A program made the translations under genes and the position numbers. A stretch of DNA of 64,000 nt from a virus (lineage: Duplodnaviria; Caudoviricetes). This document shows, piece by piece, positions 43,278 through 51,563 of this stretch. The notes beneath the pieces are model-generated. The model saw only the letters and a list, made by a program, of their open reading frames with translations. It had not been told where the DNA came from and made no database searches. The stretch covers positions 20,291 through 84,290 of the IMG/VR virus record IMGVR_UViG_3300033075_000861; one strand, written 5' to 3'. The stretch's first letter is position 1. Each line of letters opens with the position of its first letter.

Positions 43278-43919
43278 CTAGGCGACAGAGGGATCGTTGT
43301 GAGGGCATACGCCCCCGTTGAACTGTCGGCCCAGGTTGCAGTTGAAGCACAACACCTGAAAACCTGGCGGATAGTTGTTCTTGATGATCCAGTGGAAGAT
43401 GAGGGAGGCTTTCACAGTCTTCCTATGCTCTTTGCCGTCATTGTTGACGTGGTCGATAGTCAAGAACTTCAGGTTCGACTCGCCGCAGCAGTTGCACCTA
43501 CTGCCTCCGTAGGCGTCGAACACTTTAAGACGTTTCTCGCGTCTTTGTCTTTTCTGAGCATCAGTGCATATCTGGCACCGACGCCTGTCTGGCAGGGCTG
43601 GCAGTGTGCAGTTGACACAGATGCCTTTGGCTATCTGTTCTTTTTTCTGCTCACGCAACCTCTCACGACACTGTTCGCAAAGGACACCTCCCACGGACGG
43701 TTTCCTGCCGCACTCTGTGCATAGGCTGCTGGCTTTGCGTTTGGCGTAGCATGACATCCTATGCTTCTTGGTGTTGGCGGCACTTTGCTGGCGGCACACC
43801 TCACACCGAGTAAACCCCAGGGTAGGTTCTCGCTTGCCACAGCCGGTGCAAAGCCCTTGCTCTCTGAGTTTCAGCCGTCTGGCTTTCTGCCACTCGCGGT
43901 CACGCTGCTGTTGTCCCAT
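43278..43919 (-). CDS. HNH-type endonuclease with repeated zinc fingers
   Basis: Multiple CxxC; LTIDHVNNDG...QVLCFNCN. Confidence 0.75.
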   Translation of the reverse strand: MGQQQRDREWQKARRLKLREQGLCTGCGKREPTLGFTRCEVCRQQSAANTKKHRMSCYAKRKASSLCTECGRKPSVGGVLCEQCRERLREQKKEQIAKGICVNCTLPALPDRRRCQICTDAQKRQRREKRLKVFDAYGGSRCNCCGESNLKFLTIDHVNNDGKEHRKTVKASLIFHWIIKNNYPPGFQVLCFNCNLGRQFNGGVCPHNDPSVA

Positions 43920-43939
43920 GACCTACATGAGTGACCCGA

Positions 43940-44674
43940 CTAGAAAACTTGAAAAACCATCGGGTCACTGACGTAGGCAAAGCCGCCGAAGGACATTTTG
44001 AACCAGACATCGAAGGTTCCGCAGCCGATCTCGTCGGTGTCGATGGTCAGGAACGCACGGTTCTTGTCCTTGTACTCGATGGGGACTTCGTCCAGCACCA
44101 GCCTCAGGTCTTCCTCCTGGGGCACGCACTCGCCGCAGTGCTTCCTCATGCTGACGAGGATGTCCGCACCGATGATCAGGTTCTCGTAGTACTTCGCCAG
44201 ATCGGTGGCCTTGGGGACGTTCGGCTCGATCTGGATCATGATCGGCTTGCGGTTGCCCAGGGCCATGCGGTTCGGCTGGAAGTTGAAGCTGAAGTCGTAG
44301 ACGATGGGCATGGGCGAGGTGTACCACAGGTCGGGGAAGACCTGAAAGTACTGCTCCCGCCGCGTCTCACGACCGTTCTCACGCATCGTGACGTACCACA
44401 CGTCGGCGTACTTGCCGATGACGTACTTCGACTCCTCCAGGGCGACCTGCACCGAGTAGACGCCGGTCGAGACGTGGGTCACGTCCCCGGCGGCGATCTC
44501 CTCGACAAGCCTCAGGCCCTCCGGGTTGGAGGCGGACTTCATCGTCTTGTCCACGGTCCAGATTTCAACCTTACCGACCTCCTGCACGTCCGCCGGGGCG
44601 TTGCCGTTGTAAACGTGCAGCTTGAGGGTCAGGTCGTCCCCGACGACCGGGTTCATGTTGCGGTCTTTAGCCAC
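43940..44674 (-). CDS. Putative virion structural protein
   Basis: Beta-rich 244-aa ORF in the tail gene cluster. Confidence 0.5.
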   Translation of the reverse strand: MAKDRNMNPVVGDDLTLKLHVYNGNAPADVQEVGKVEIWTVDKTMKSASNPEGLRLVEEIAAGDVTHVSTGVYSVQVALEESKYVIGKYADVWYVTMRENGRETRREQYFQVFPDLWYTSPMPIVYDFSFNFQPNRMALGNRKPIMIQIEPNVPKATDLAKYYENLIIGADILVSMRKHCGECVPQEEDLRLVLDEVPIEYKDKNRAFLTIDTDEIGCGTFDVWFKMSFGGFAYVSDPMVFQVF

Positions 44675-45227
44675 GGTTCCTCAGCCTCTCCTCTAGCAAG
44701 ATCGCCACGACACTAGGGAACAAGTCGCCATTGGCACACCTGCCAACGCACCGTTCGTATGCCGAGGTCACCTGTGTCTCATCCATTCCGAACCCTTTGG
44801 CAAGCGTGGGCATAAACCTGAGGTTCCATTCAGCGGGCAGCAACATCAGGTTGTCCGGTCTGTCATCTTCCAGCGATTCACGTTTGCCGTTTTTGTGGTG
44901 AACGTGATGCCCGTCAGGTACAGGGCCGTAGTGGTGTTCATAGACAAGGCTTGCATGGGTTTTCTTGCCCTTGCCGTTCAGGTAAGCAAACCATCGTCCG
45001 CCTTTTCTGCTGAACCAGACGGTGGCCCCCTCCACATAGGGGCTTGGCACAGGGTCGGCACCTGTTCTTGTCCTGACCATCTTCTCAGTAGCATCAGGCG
45101 GTCGCTTTTTGCCACGCCAGTGAGACGGCTTGTTTTTCAGATGATGGTTGTGGACATAGGTGGCAGCCTTCCCGTTCCTGACAACTGTGGGCTGGCCGCA
45201 CCCGCAGGCACATAGTGTTTGGTACAT
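44667..45227 (-). CDS. HNH endonuclease
   Basis: CACGCG N-terminus; HVHHKNG...DDRPDNLMLL. Confidence 0.75.
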   Translation of the reverse strand: MYQTLCACGCGQPTVVRNGKAATYVHNHHLKNKPSHWRGKKRPPDATEKMVRTRTGADPVPSPYVEGATVWFSRKGGRWFAYLNGKGKKTHASLVYEHHYGPVPDGHHVHHKNGKRESLEDDRPDNLMLLPAEWNLRFMPTLAKGFGMDETQVTSAYERCVGRCANGDLFPSVVAILLEERLRNRG

Positions 45228-45251
45228 ACCCTAATAGAGTATGTACCAAAC

Positions 45252-45428
45252 TCACCTTTTGCCTTTCTTCATGGCCTTCTTCATCTCTTCGTCTTCCCGC
45301 TCCTTCTGCTGAATGAAGCGGTCGATCATCCACCGTCGCTCATCGATGGGATAGGACCGAAACTCCTCCCGGCTCATGCCCAGGTGGTAGCGGAAGAAGA
45401 ACTGCTCCTGCATGAGCGACTCCCACAT
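45252..45428 (-). CDS. gp51-like baseplate/tail assembly chaperone (58 aa, not in ORF track)
   Basis: MWESLMQEQFFFRYHLGMSREEFRSYPIDERRWMIDRF; in the -1 frame of the upstream gene. Confidence 0.7.
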   Translation of the reverse strand: MWESLMQEQFFFRYHLGMSREEFRSYPIDERRWMIDRFIQQKEREDEEMKKAMKKGKR

Positions 45429-45445
45429 CTTCCAGCAGGTTTCGT

Positions 45446-46558
45446 CTATCTCTTCTTCGGCTTGGGGAAGAAAAAACCTGTCTCAAGCGGCAGGTCGATC
45501 TCAAACTCGTCGCTGGTGTACGGCGAGGTGAGGGTCATCTTCGTGTCCACGCCGAACGGAGGCTCGCTCACGGCGTTCCTCAGGTAGGCCACGTCCTGAA
45601 TGGGGAGCTTCTTGATCAGCATGACCATCTCGCCCTTGTCGGTCAGGCCCTCGATGTCGTCCAACAGCAGGGCGGTGCGGTAGATCAGGCTGTCGTCCTT
45701 GCCCTCGCCGCTACCCTTGCGGATGACGAGGTCGCGGTACTCCTGAACGTCCTGCTCGTCCTTGCCGGTCGAGAGGCGGTAGCGGAACTTCCAGCCGGTG
45801 CGGGGCAGGGTGTCCTGAAGCTCGGGGCCGTAGTCTTTCGGGCAGTACTTGACGATCAGTTCGGCCAGGTTGAGCGTGGCGTTGAACTTACGGTCGGTGA
45901 ACGGGCAAGTCACATCCACGTCGTACTCGTTGCCGTAGGAGATGCTGCGTAGGCCGATCAGCAAATAGGTCCGGTCGGCACTCAGGAGGCTCTCTGGCTT
46001 GAAACCCTCCTTGAGACACCGCTGGAAGATCATGTTGATGGCCTGGCCCTTCTTGACGAACCTGGGCTGGGTGAGGATCTGCTCTTCCTCGCCGGTCATA
46101 GGCCGGATGTGCAGGACGCCGTCTTCGGGGCCGTTATCGCCGTCATAGAAGCGGCCCAACGAGGGCAGCTTGACGGCCTCAAACTGGCCGCTGTCTGGAC
46201 GCAGCTTGGCGACCAGTTCCTCCAGCTTGCTGCTGCCGGTGACCCTCACGTTGGTCGCGGCCACCTGTTCCTCAGGGGTCCGCTCGCGGGACTGGGACGC
46301 ACCGCCCCTGCCGAACATCTTGGCGTAGCGGGCTGGTATCGGCCCCTGCACCTTGGGCACCTCGTCGTAACCTTCGCCCTGCTCGTCCATCGAGCGGAAG
46401 TAGCTGGGGTCAACCCGAGGCTCCTCATCCTGATCGCCCGAGGACTGCTGCTGCATCCGCTTCTGGATCAGCTTGGCCTCGTCGGACAGGTCGTGGTCCT
46501 CACCGAGGTCCGCTGCGGTGATCTTCCGACGCTCCTGGCGGAACTTCTCGTCTGCCAT
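45446..46558 (-). CDS. gp26-like baseplate hub/tail assembly protein
   Basis: LPSLGRFY, IRPMTGEEEQILT, C-terminal FFFP. Confidence 0.7.
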   Translation of the reverse strand: MADEKFRQERRKITAADLGEDHDLSDEAKLIQKRMQQQSSGDQDEEPRVDPSYFRSMDEQGEGYDEVPKVQGPIPARYAKMFGRGGASQSRERTPEEQVAATNVRVTGSSKLEELVAKLRPDSGQFEAVKLPSLGRFYDGDNGPEDGVLHIRPMTGEEEQILTQPRFVKKGQAINMIFQRCLKEGFKPESLLSADRTYLLIGLRSISYGNEYDVDVTCPFTDRKFNATLNLAELIVKYCPKDYGPELQDTLPRTGWKFRYRLSTGKDEQDVQEYRDLVIRKGSGEGKDDSLIYRTALLLDDIEGLTDKGEMVMLIKKLPIQDVAYLRNAVSEPPFGVDTKMTLTSPYTSDEFEIDLPLETGFFFPKPKKR

Positions 46559-46603
46559 GTTTTCTCCTTTGGTCACTAGCTTAGGCTGTGGGGGTAACTG
46601 AGT

Positions 46604-46975
46604 ATGATCCTTCTGAATGTCGAGACTGCCGAGACGCTTGTGTTTTCGGACCCGAAGTTGAGGCAGGCACTCGCGGACGACTTTGGCGAGTTGTTCGATC
46701 AGTGGAAACTGACCCAGACGTTGCCTTTCCTTAGGTCACTCCGCAAGCGGTGCGTCCTGACTTTCCTCGACAAGATCAAGGCACATCATGTCGAACTGCT
46801 CTCCGACCACCTGGGCGGACAGGTCGTGGTCGAAGGGATCAACACCCGCGTCGTGCAGAACCTCGACATCGACACCGTAGAAGAGCTACAGGCGTCACTT
46901 TCTCAGTTCGACGGCTTCCCCAATTTCTCGATGACCCGCTCCGACAAAGGTGTGGGCCTAACCTTCTGGAGATGA
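46604..46975 (+). CDS. Hypothetical protein
   Basis: 123-aa ORF starting a rightward operon. Confidence 0.55.
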   Translation: MILLNVETAETLVFSDPKLRQALADDFGELFDQWKLTQTLPFLRSLRKRCVLTFLDKIKAHHVELLSDHLGGQVVVEGINTRVVQNLDIDTVEELQASLSQFDGFPNFSMTRSDKGVGLTFWR

Positions 46976-47304
46976 ACATGGGACCATACGTCTTCTTCTT
47001 GCTCGCTGCTGTCGGCCTGACGGCGGTGATCGTTGAGAGCAAAATCTTCAGGCCGATACGCGACTACGCGGAGCGTTGGCCCTGGCTCCACTCCCTCATG
47101 ACCTGTTACCAGTGCAGCGGCTTCTGGGCCGGCACCGTGCTGTACCCGTTCATCCTTGGCGTGAACTGGGGTTGGGTCGGTGCGGGGTTCGCCGCGAGCT
47201 TCCTGTCGGTATTCTCAGCCGCCCTGATGAACTGGATCGAGGCCAACACGGTCATCAACCTGCCGCCCGACCCGCCCAGCCAGCCGCCTGCGGGAGGTAA
47301 CTGA
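46972..47304 (+). CDS. DUF1360-like membrane protein
   Basis: Hydrophobic helices; LMTCYQCSGFW. Confidence 0.6.
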   Translation: MNMGPYVFFLLAAVGLTAVIVESKIFRPIRDYAERWPWLHSLMTCYQCSGFWAGTVLYPFILGVNWGWVGAGFAASFLSVFSAALMNWIEANTVINLPPDPPSQPPAGGN

Positions 47305-47585
47305 TGTACCGGCTCTACTGCGAGGCTTGCGGGTGGAACAAGTTCACAGACGGCACCGACATCTCGGGATTGGTCCCCCACAAGCGATCCCAGATCCAGG
47401 GTCACATCCCCAAGCTGGGCGAGGACGGCAAGACCGAGACGAGCAAGTTCCTGACGATGCCCAAACAGTTCAAATGCCCCGGCTGCGGCAGGGTCGTGAC
47501 AGCCAGGAAGACCAACCTGAGGGCCGAGGCCCCCGAAACACCCCAGGAGCGGATCAATGAGCAAGGTGACCCTGCTGGACATTAA
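47304..47585 (+). CDS. Zinc-ribbon protein
   Basis: CEAC...CPGC. Confidence 0.6.
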   Translation: MYRLYCEACGWNKFTDGTDISGLVPHKRSQIQGHIPKLGEDGKTETSKFLTMPKQFKCPGCGRVVTARKTNLRAEAPETPQERINEQGDPAGH

Positions 47586-48114
47586 GCAGGCCCTCAGGGA
47601 CGAGCGGTTCAGGAAGACGCTGCCCCAGGCACTTCTGCCCGACGTGCAGAAGTATCTGCAAAACCCGGCCTGCCCATGCAATATGCCGATCTACAAGCGG
47701 ATCTTGAAGGAGTGTCCCAGCCAGATCCGCGACTACTTCCCCACCCGAGAGTTGTCCAACCCGGTCGAGGAGACAGTCCGCCTCGCCCAGAACAACTGGC
47801 GGGTCATCAACTGCAAGGTCGCCTCCCTGGAGGAGGAACTGCGGAAGATGGGGCCGGGCGGCAAGCAGATCGCCGTGGCCCGCTGGGAGGACGAGGTCAC
47901 GGTGGTGGTCAACGAGGTCAGCATCGATGCTGAGATCGTGAAGTCCAAGGCCGATGTCAGCCGCGAGAAGTGGAAGGTCATCGACTGTGCCACGGACGCC
48001 CTGGAGGCCGAGCTTAGGAAGCTAGGGCCGGGGAGGAAAATCATCTCCTTGGCCCGCTTCCAGGGTCAGGTTACGACGATCATCCATGAGCTTGATGTAG
48101 TCTTCAGCCTCTGA
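47557..48114 (+). CDS. Hypothetical protein with an internal duplication
   Basis: Two copies of W(R/K)VIxC...LEEELRKxGPG. Confidence 0.6.
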   Translation: MSKVTLLDIKQALRDERFRKTLPQALLPDVQKYLQNPACPCNMPIYKRILKECPSQIRDYFPTRELSNPVEETVRLAQNNWRVINCKVASLEEELRKMGPGGKQIAVARWEDEVTVVVNEVSIDAEIVKSKADVSREKWKVIDCATDALEAELRKLGPGRKIISLARFQGQVTTIIHELDVVFSL

Positions 48115-48249
48115 CCGTACATACCTGTGCCATGAACCGCTCAGAAGATACCCCGAAGCCCGAGGCCACCGCCAAGGCTTCCGACAGCACCGATGGTAGT
48201 ACAAGCAGCCCTGAGTCGTTGATTCAGGGCGTAATCACACGTCTGAAAA

Positions 48250-49191
48250 TCATTGAGAGGCGTCTTGCCTCCATCCCCCGACCGACACGGAGCAGGCCAC
48301 GGCACGCTCGCACTTCGCAAGCATGTCGCGTGGATAGCTGCCGTTCCTGCTGATCAGCATAGGCCACAGGTCATCCTTCGGCCTGGCCTCTGCCGCCTGG
48401 ATAGCGTCTCTGAAGAACTGAGACGCCTCTTTGTAGCGGTTGAGGGCCATATGGATGTCCCCCAGCAGGCACCAGAACTCGGCCATGTAGGGCCGGTGCA
48501 GCAGGCACCACGCCAGGTTGCTCGCGGCCCCCTGGTAGTCCTTGAACACCGCCGCCTGGACTGAGGCCAGGAAGTACCTCATCATGACCGCCGGTTCGCC
48601 CGTCTTCTTCTCCAAGAAGAGGTACTCCTGGGCCTGGCGTCTGAACGCCTCGTAGTCCCTGGTCGCCAGGCTGTGGAACGCCTTGTAATACCAAGGGTCG
48701 GCGTCGGAGGGGTGTCTGGGCACCCACCCCTCCAGCCGTCCGCGTGGGTCCACGCTGGGATGGCCCGGTGAGTAGAGGTAGACGGGGGCCAGGGGTAGCT
48801 CCAACGCCTGCGTCTCGTAGACGGGGTTCTTGAAGGGGCGGACGCCTTGCCACAGGCGGCTCTCCTTGACCATCAGGTCGCCCCTGAGGACGCAGAAGCT
48901 ACGTCCCTCGCCGTCCACCTCGGACAGACAGTCCTCGCCGCCTACGAAGAACTCCCCCGGCTCGACGCGGAGGTGCCACTCCGTTTGTGCCCTCTTCTGT
49001 AGTTCGTTCCTGGCCCAGGACAGGTCGGCGTCCTTCCTGAAGCGGACCTCAGCCCAGCCCTCGGGAGTCTCCCAGTCGCCCTCACCCATCACCCCCACCA
49101 GCACCGGGAAGCCCAGGCTCTCCAGGCTCGCCACCGTCTTGTCCAGGCCCGGCACCTTGTCTTGGGCCAGCATCTCCACGGTCGCCTTCAC
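48250..49191 (-). CDS. GT2-like/TPR-repeat protein
   Basis: DLSWARN...WHLRVEPGE N-terminal segment; TPR-like C-terminus (AEFWCLLGDIH). Confidence 0.6.
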   Translation of the reverse strand: MKATVEMLAQDKVPGLDKTVASLESLGFPVLVGVMGEGDWETPEGWAEVRFRKDADLSWARNELQKRAQTEWHLRVEPGEFFVGGEDCLSEVDGEGRSFCVLRGDLMVKESRLWQGVRPFKNPVYETQALELPLAPVYLYSPGHPSVDPRGRLEGWVPRHPSDADPWYYKAFHSLATRDYEAFRRQAQEYLFLEKKTGEPAVMMRYFLASVQAAVFKDYQGAASNLAWCLLHRPYMAEFWCLLGDIHMALNRYKEASQFFRDAIQAAEARPKDDLWPMLISRNGSYPRDMLAKCERAVACSVSVGGWRQDASQ

Positions 49192-49454
49192 GTCCAGACC
49201 TCCTATCGGCCAGCGAATCCATCAGGTTTGCCTCCCCCTCCATCCCCAGTGACCTGTAGAGGTCGGCCAGGTCGCGGCATGGCTTGGAGGCGACTGGGTT
49301 CGCTATTAAGCCCATCATCAGTTGAACATCTCGCTTGAGAAAAGCAGCGGGCATGGGGCACACTCTTCTGTTTGTAGGGCGGTTAGCTATGCAGGTGGAG
49401 CGATTTTTCGTCGGCATGCCTAACTAACAAACCCCTCTGGCTTTTTCCACGACT

Positions 49455-50018
49455 ATGAGCGTGGGTTGGGAGTTCATGACGACGGAGTACTTGAACAACA
49501 AGGAGTTTGAAGCGGTCATCGAGCGGTTCAAGGGTGCCAAGCGTCGTAGGGCGAGGTACGAACTGATCATCGAGGACTTGCAACTGAGCTACGACGCTAG
49601 GCGGGATGAGTCCCGCCACGACCTGTTGACGAGGAAACGCCGGGAGTACGGCGGCGTCATCAGGGACTACGAGGACTCCCAGCAGATGCTGGCCGTCCAG
49701 TTCTTCAAGCTGTCCGAGAACATCGTGGGCTACGCCCGCTACCACCACGTTGACATCGATGACGCCATTCAGGAGGGGGTGATGATCTGCTTCCAGAAGA
49801 TCGACCTCTTCCGCCCCGAGAAGGGCAAGGCGTTCAACTACATGACCACCTGCATCCTGAACCACTACCGCCAACTCTACCGCACCGCCCGCAACTACAA
49901 CGAACTGAAGAGGAAGTACCACGACTTCATCGCCACCGCCGAGTCGGTCGTCGCCCGTAACGGCAGGGAGCGACCCAACTTCTCGATGGTCCGTGGCCGC
50001 GACTCGATGTACAATTAG
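49455..50018 (+). CDS. gp55: gp55-like late transcription sigma factor
   Basis: DDAIQEGVMICFQKIDLFRPEKGKAFNYMTTCI resembles region 2 of T4-like gp55. Confidence 0.7.
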   Translation: MSVGWEFMTTEYLNNKEFEAVIERFKGAKRRRARYELIIEDLQLSYDARRDESRHDLLTRKRREYGGVIRDYEDSQQMLAVQFFKLSENIVGYARYHHVDIDDAIQEGVMICFQKIDLFRPEKGKAFNYMTTCILNHYRQLYRTARNYNELKRKYHDFIATAESVVARNGRERPNFSMVRGRDSMYN

Positions 50019-50024
50019 GGCGAG

Positions 50025-50261
50025 GTGTGGAATATGACTAAGAGTATGATCGAACAGATCGAGCAGCAGGAATTGATCCAGAAGCTGATCGATTGTGGTC
50101 ACGGTAGACTGGTGGAGGTTCTTCTGGAGGGACACACCGAGTGTTGGACGAAGAAGGGCAGGCTCAACAAGAGCGGTGCCTGCCGCGTCCTGGGCATAAA
50201 ACCCAAAGAGCTAGAGCAGTCCCTGGAGAAGTGTCGGGAGATCCTGGGCGACATCTTCTAA
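50025..50261 (+). CDS. Small HTH-like protein
   Basis: RLNKSGACRVLGIKPKEL. Confidence 0.55.
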   Translation: MWNMTKSMIEQIEQQELIQKLIDCGHGRLVEVLLEGHTECWTKKGRLNKSGACRVLGIKPKELEQSLEKCREILGDIF

Positions 50262-50797
50262 CTGCCGGGTGCCAGGTAGGCACGCGAGTACCTCAGCGTC
50301 AGGTCGCAGGTGACGATCCCGCCGTCCGCGTAGTCTAGCTCACCGAACTCTGCCTGCTGGGGCCAACACTCCTCGATGTACCAAAGCTCGACCGGGGTTC
50401 CGCAGCCGGTGAATAGCCTTAGCTGTGCCGTCTTCTTGAAGTCCGGCGGGCAGGGGAAGTCCATCTTGCCGATGGTCGGGTCGTAGACCATCTTGATCCA
50501 GTTCCAGATCGGGTTGCGGTTTTTGACGAGGTCATACAGGGTCAGGGTGATCGGCTTCCACTCGGCCCGGCCTGGGTAGTAGATGTTCTCGGCCAGGTGG
50601 ATAGCCTCGATCTCCTTGTAGGTCAGGCTCGGTCGAGCGGCCCTGGACGGGGGCAGTGAACTGACGCTGTCCTGGGAAATGTCGGGGATGAAGAACTCCC
50701 AGGCGTTCTTCTTCTTCATGCAAGCCCAGCCAGTGCTGGAGGCGTTCCTCCACGTCTCATCGAACGACATGGGCCTCTTGCCTACCCAGTTAGCCAT
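50258..50797 (-). CDS. gp19: Tail tube protein paralog (gp19-like)
   Basis: YYPGRAEWKPITLTLYD, WPQQAEFGELDY, LTLRY. Confidence 0.75.
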   Translation of the reverse strand: MANWVGKRPMSFDETWRNASSTGWACMKKKNAWEFFIPDISQDSVSSLPPSRAARPSLTYKEIEAIHLAENIYYPGRAEWKPITLTLYDLVKNRNPIWNWIKMVYDPTIGKMDFPCPPDFKKTAQLRLFTGCGTPVELWYIEECWPQQAEFGELDYADGGIVTCDLTLRYSRAYLAPGS

Positions 50798-50814
50798 CCA
50801 TCCTCCTAAAGCGA

Positions 50815-50849
50815 AAAACCCACCCCACTAGGTAGTGGAGTGGGTTTTC
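50815..50849. terminator. Hairpin terminator after the first tube gene
   Basis: AAAACCCAC...GTGGGTTTT. Confidence 0.6.
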
Positions 50850-50880
50850 TGTTGTTACTGCGAGAGGACCAAGACCCGCA

Positions 50881-51543
50881 TTAGGTGCAGGGCGTGCATT
50901 CGCAACGCGGGGCCTTGGACAGCTTCGGGCAGAACGAGCGGTACAGGATGTCGCGGTAGCGGACGGTCAGTTCGACCGTGCATTCCGCCGAGTCGCTCAT
51001 GTCAAGCTCACCGAAGTTGACGTTCGTCGGCCACATGCCGGCCATGATCCAACCCTCAAGCGGATAGCCGCAGCCATCATAGAGGGTCAGACGGCCCGCA
51101 CCCTCGTACTGCTCGGGGGCCTGGCCCATCTCAAGGTTGATCGGGTCGAAGATGTTGTACACACTCGACACCCAACCCAGGATGCTGCTGTTGTTCACGT
51201 TGCCCGAGGCAGCCGAGCCGGCGATGTCGTAGAAGGACACCGTGATCGTCTCGATGGTAGCCTTGCCGGGGATGAACATCTTGCCGTTGAGGTAGTTGAT
51301 CTCAGTCTCATCGATCTGGATGTTCGGACGGCTCGCCGTCTTGCAGAACTCCTTAGCCACCTCGGTGTTGGTCTTGGCACAGTACCGGATCTCCAGGGTC
51401 CAGCGGAACTTCCGCTTGAACCGGATCTTCGGGTCGCGGAGCTTGCCAAGCCCCATCGGCTTCTTCGTCGTGTCGAAGAGGGCATCGCCCAGGGCCTCAA
51501 GGTTCCCGCCCAGGGCGTTCGTTACGGTAAAGGCGTCAGCCAT
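50881..51543 (-). CDS. gp19: Tail tube protein (gp19-like)
   Basis: FIPGKATIETITVSFYD, WPTNVNFGELDM; follows the sheath gene. Confidence 0.8.
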   Translation of the reverse strand: MADAFTVTNALGGNLEALGDALFDTTKKPMGLGKLRDPKIRFKRKFRWTLEIRYCAKTNTEVAKEFCKTASRPNIQIDETEINYLNGKMFIPGKATIETITVSFYDIAGSAASGNVNNSSILGWVSSVYNIFDPINLEMGQAPEQYEGAGRLTLYDGCGYPLEGWIMAGMWPTNVNFGELDMSDSAECTVELTVRYRDILYRSFCPKLSKAPRCECTPCT

Positions 51544-51563
51544 TGTTCTCCTTTGTCAATCTC

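Noticed and set aside
14736-45448. Possible TAG reassignment suggested by short ORFs ending in TAG
   Set aside because: No CUA-anticodon tRNA was found, conserved genes (UvsW, ParB-like, HNH) are uninterrupted and several end normally at TAG; the gp26/gp51 junction is in the -1 frame, not a readthrough frame.
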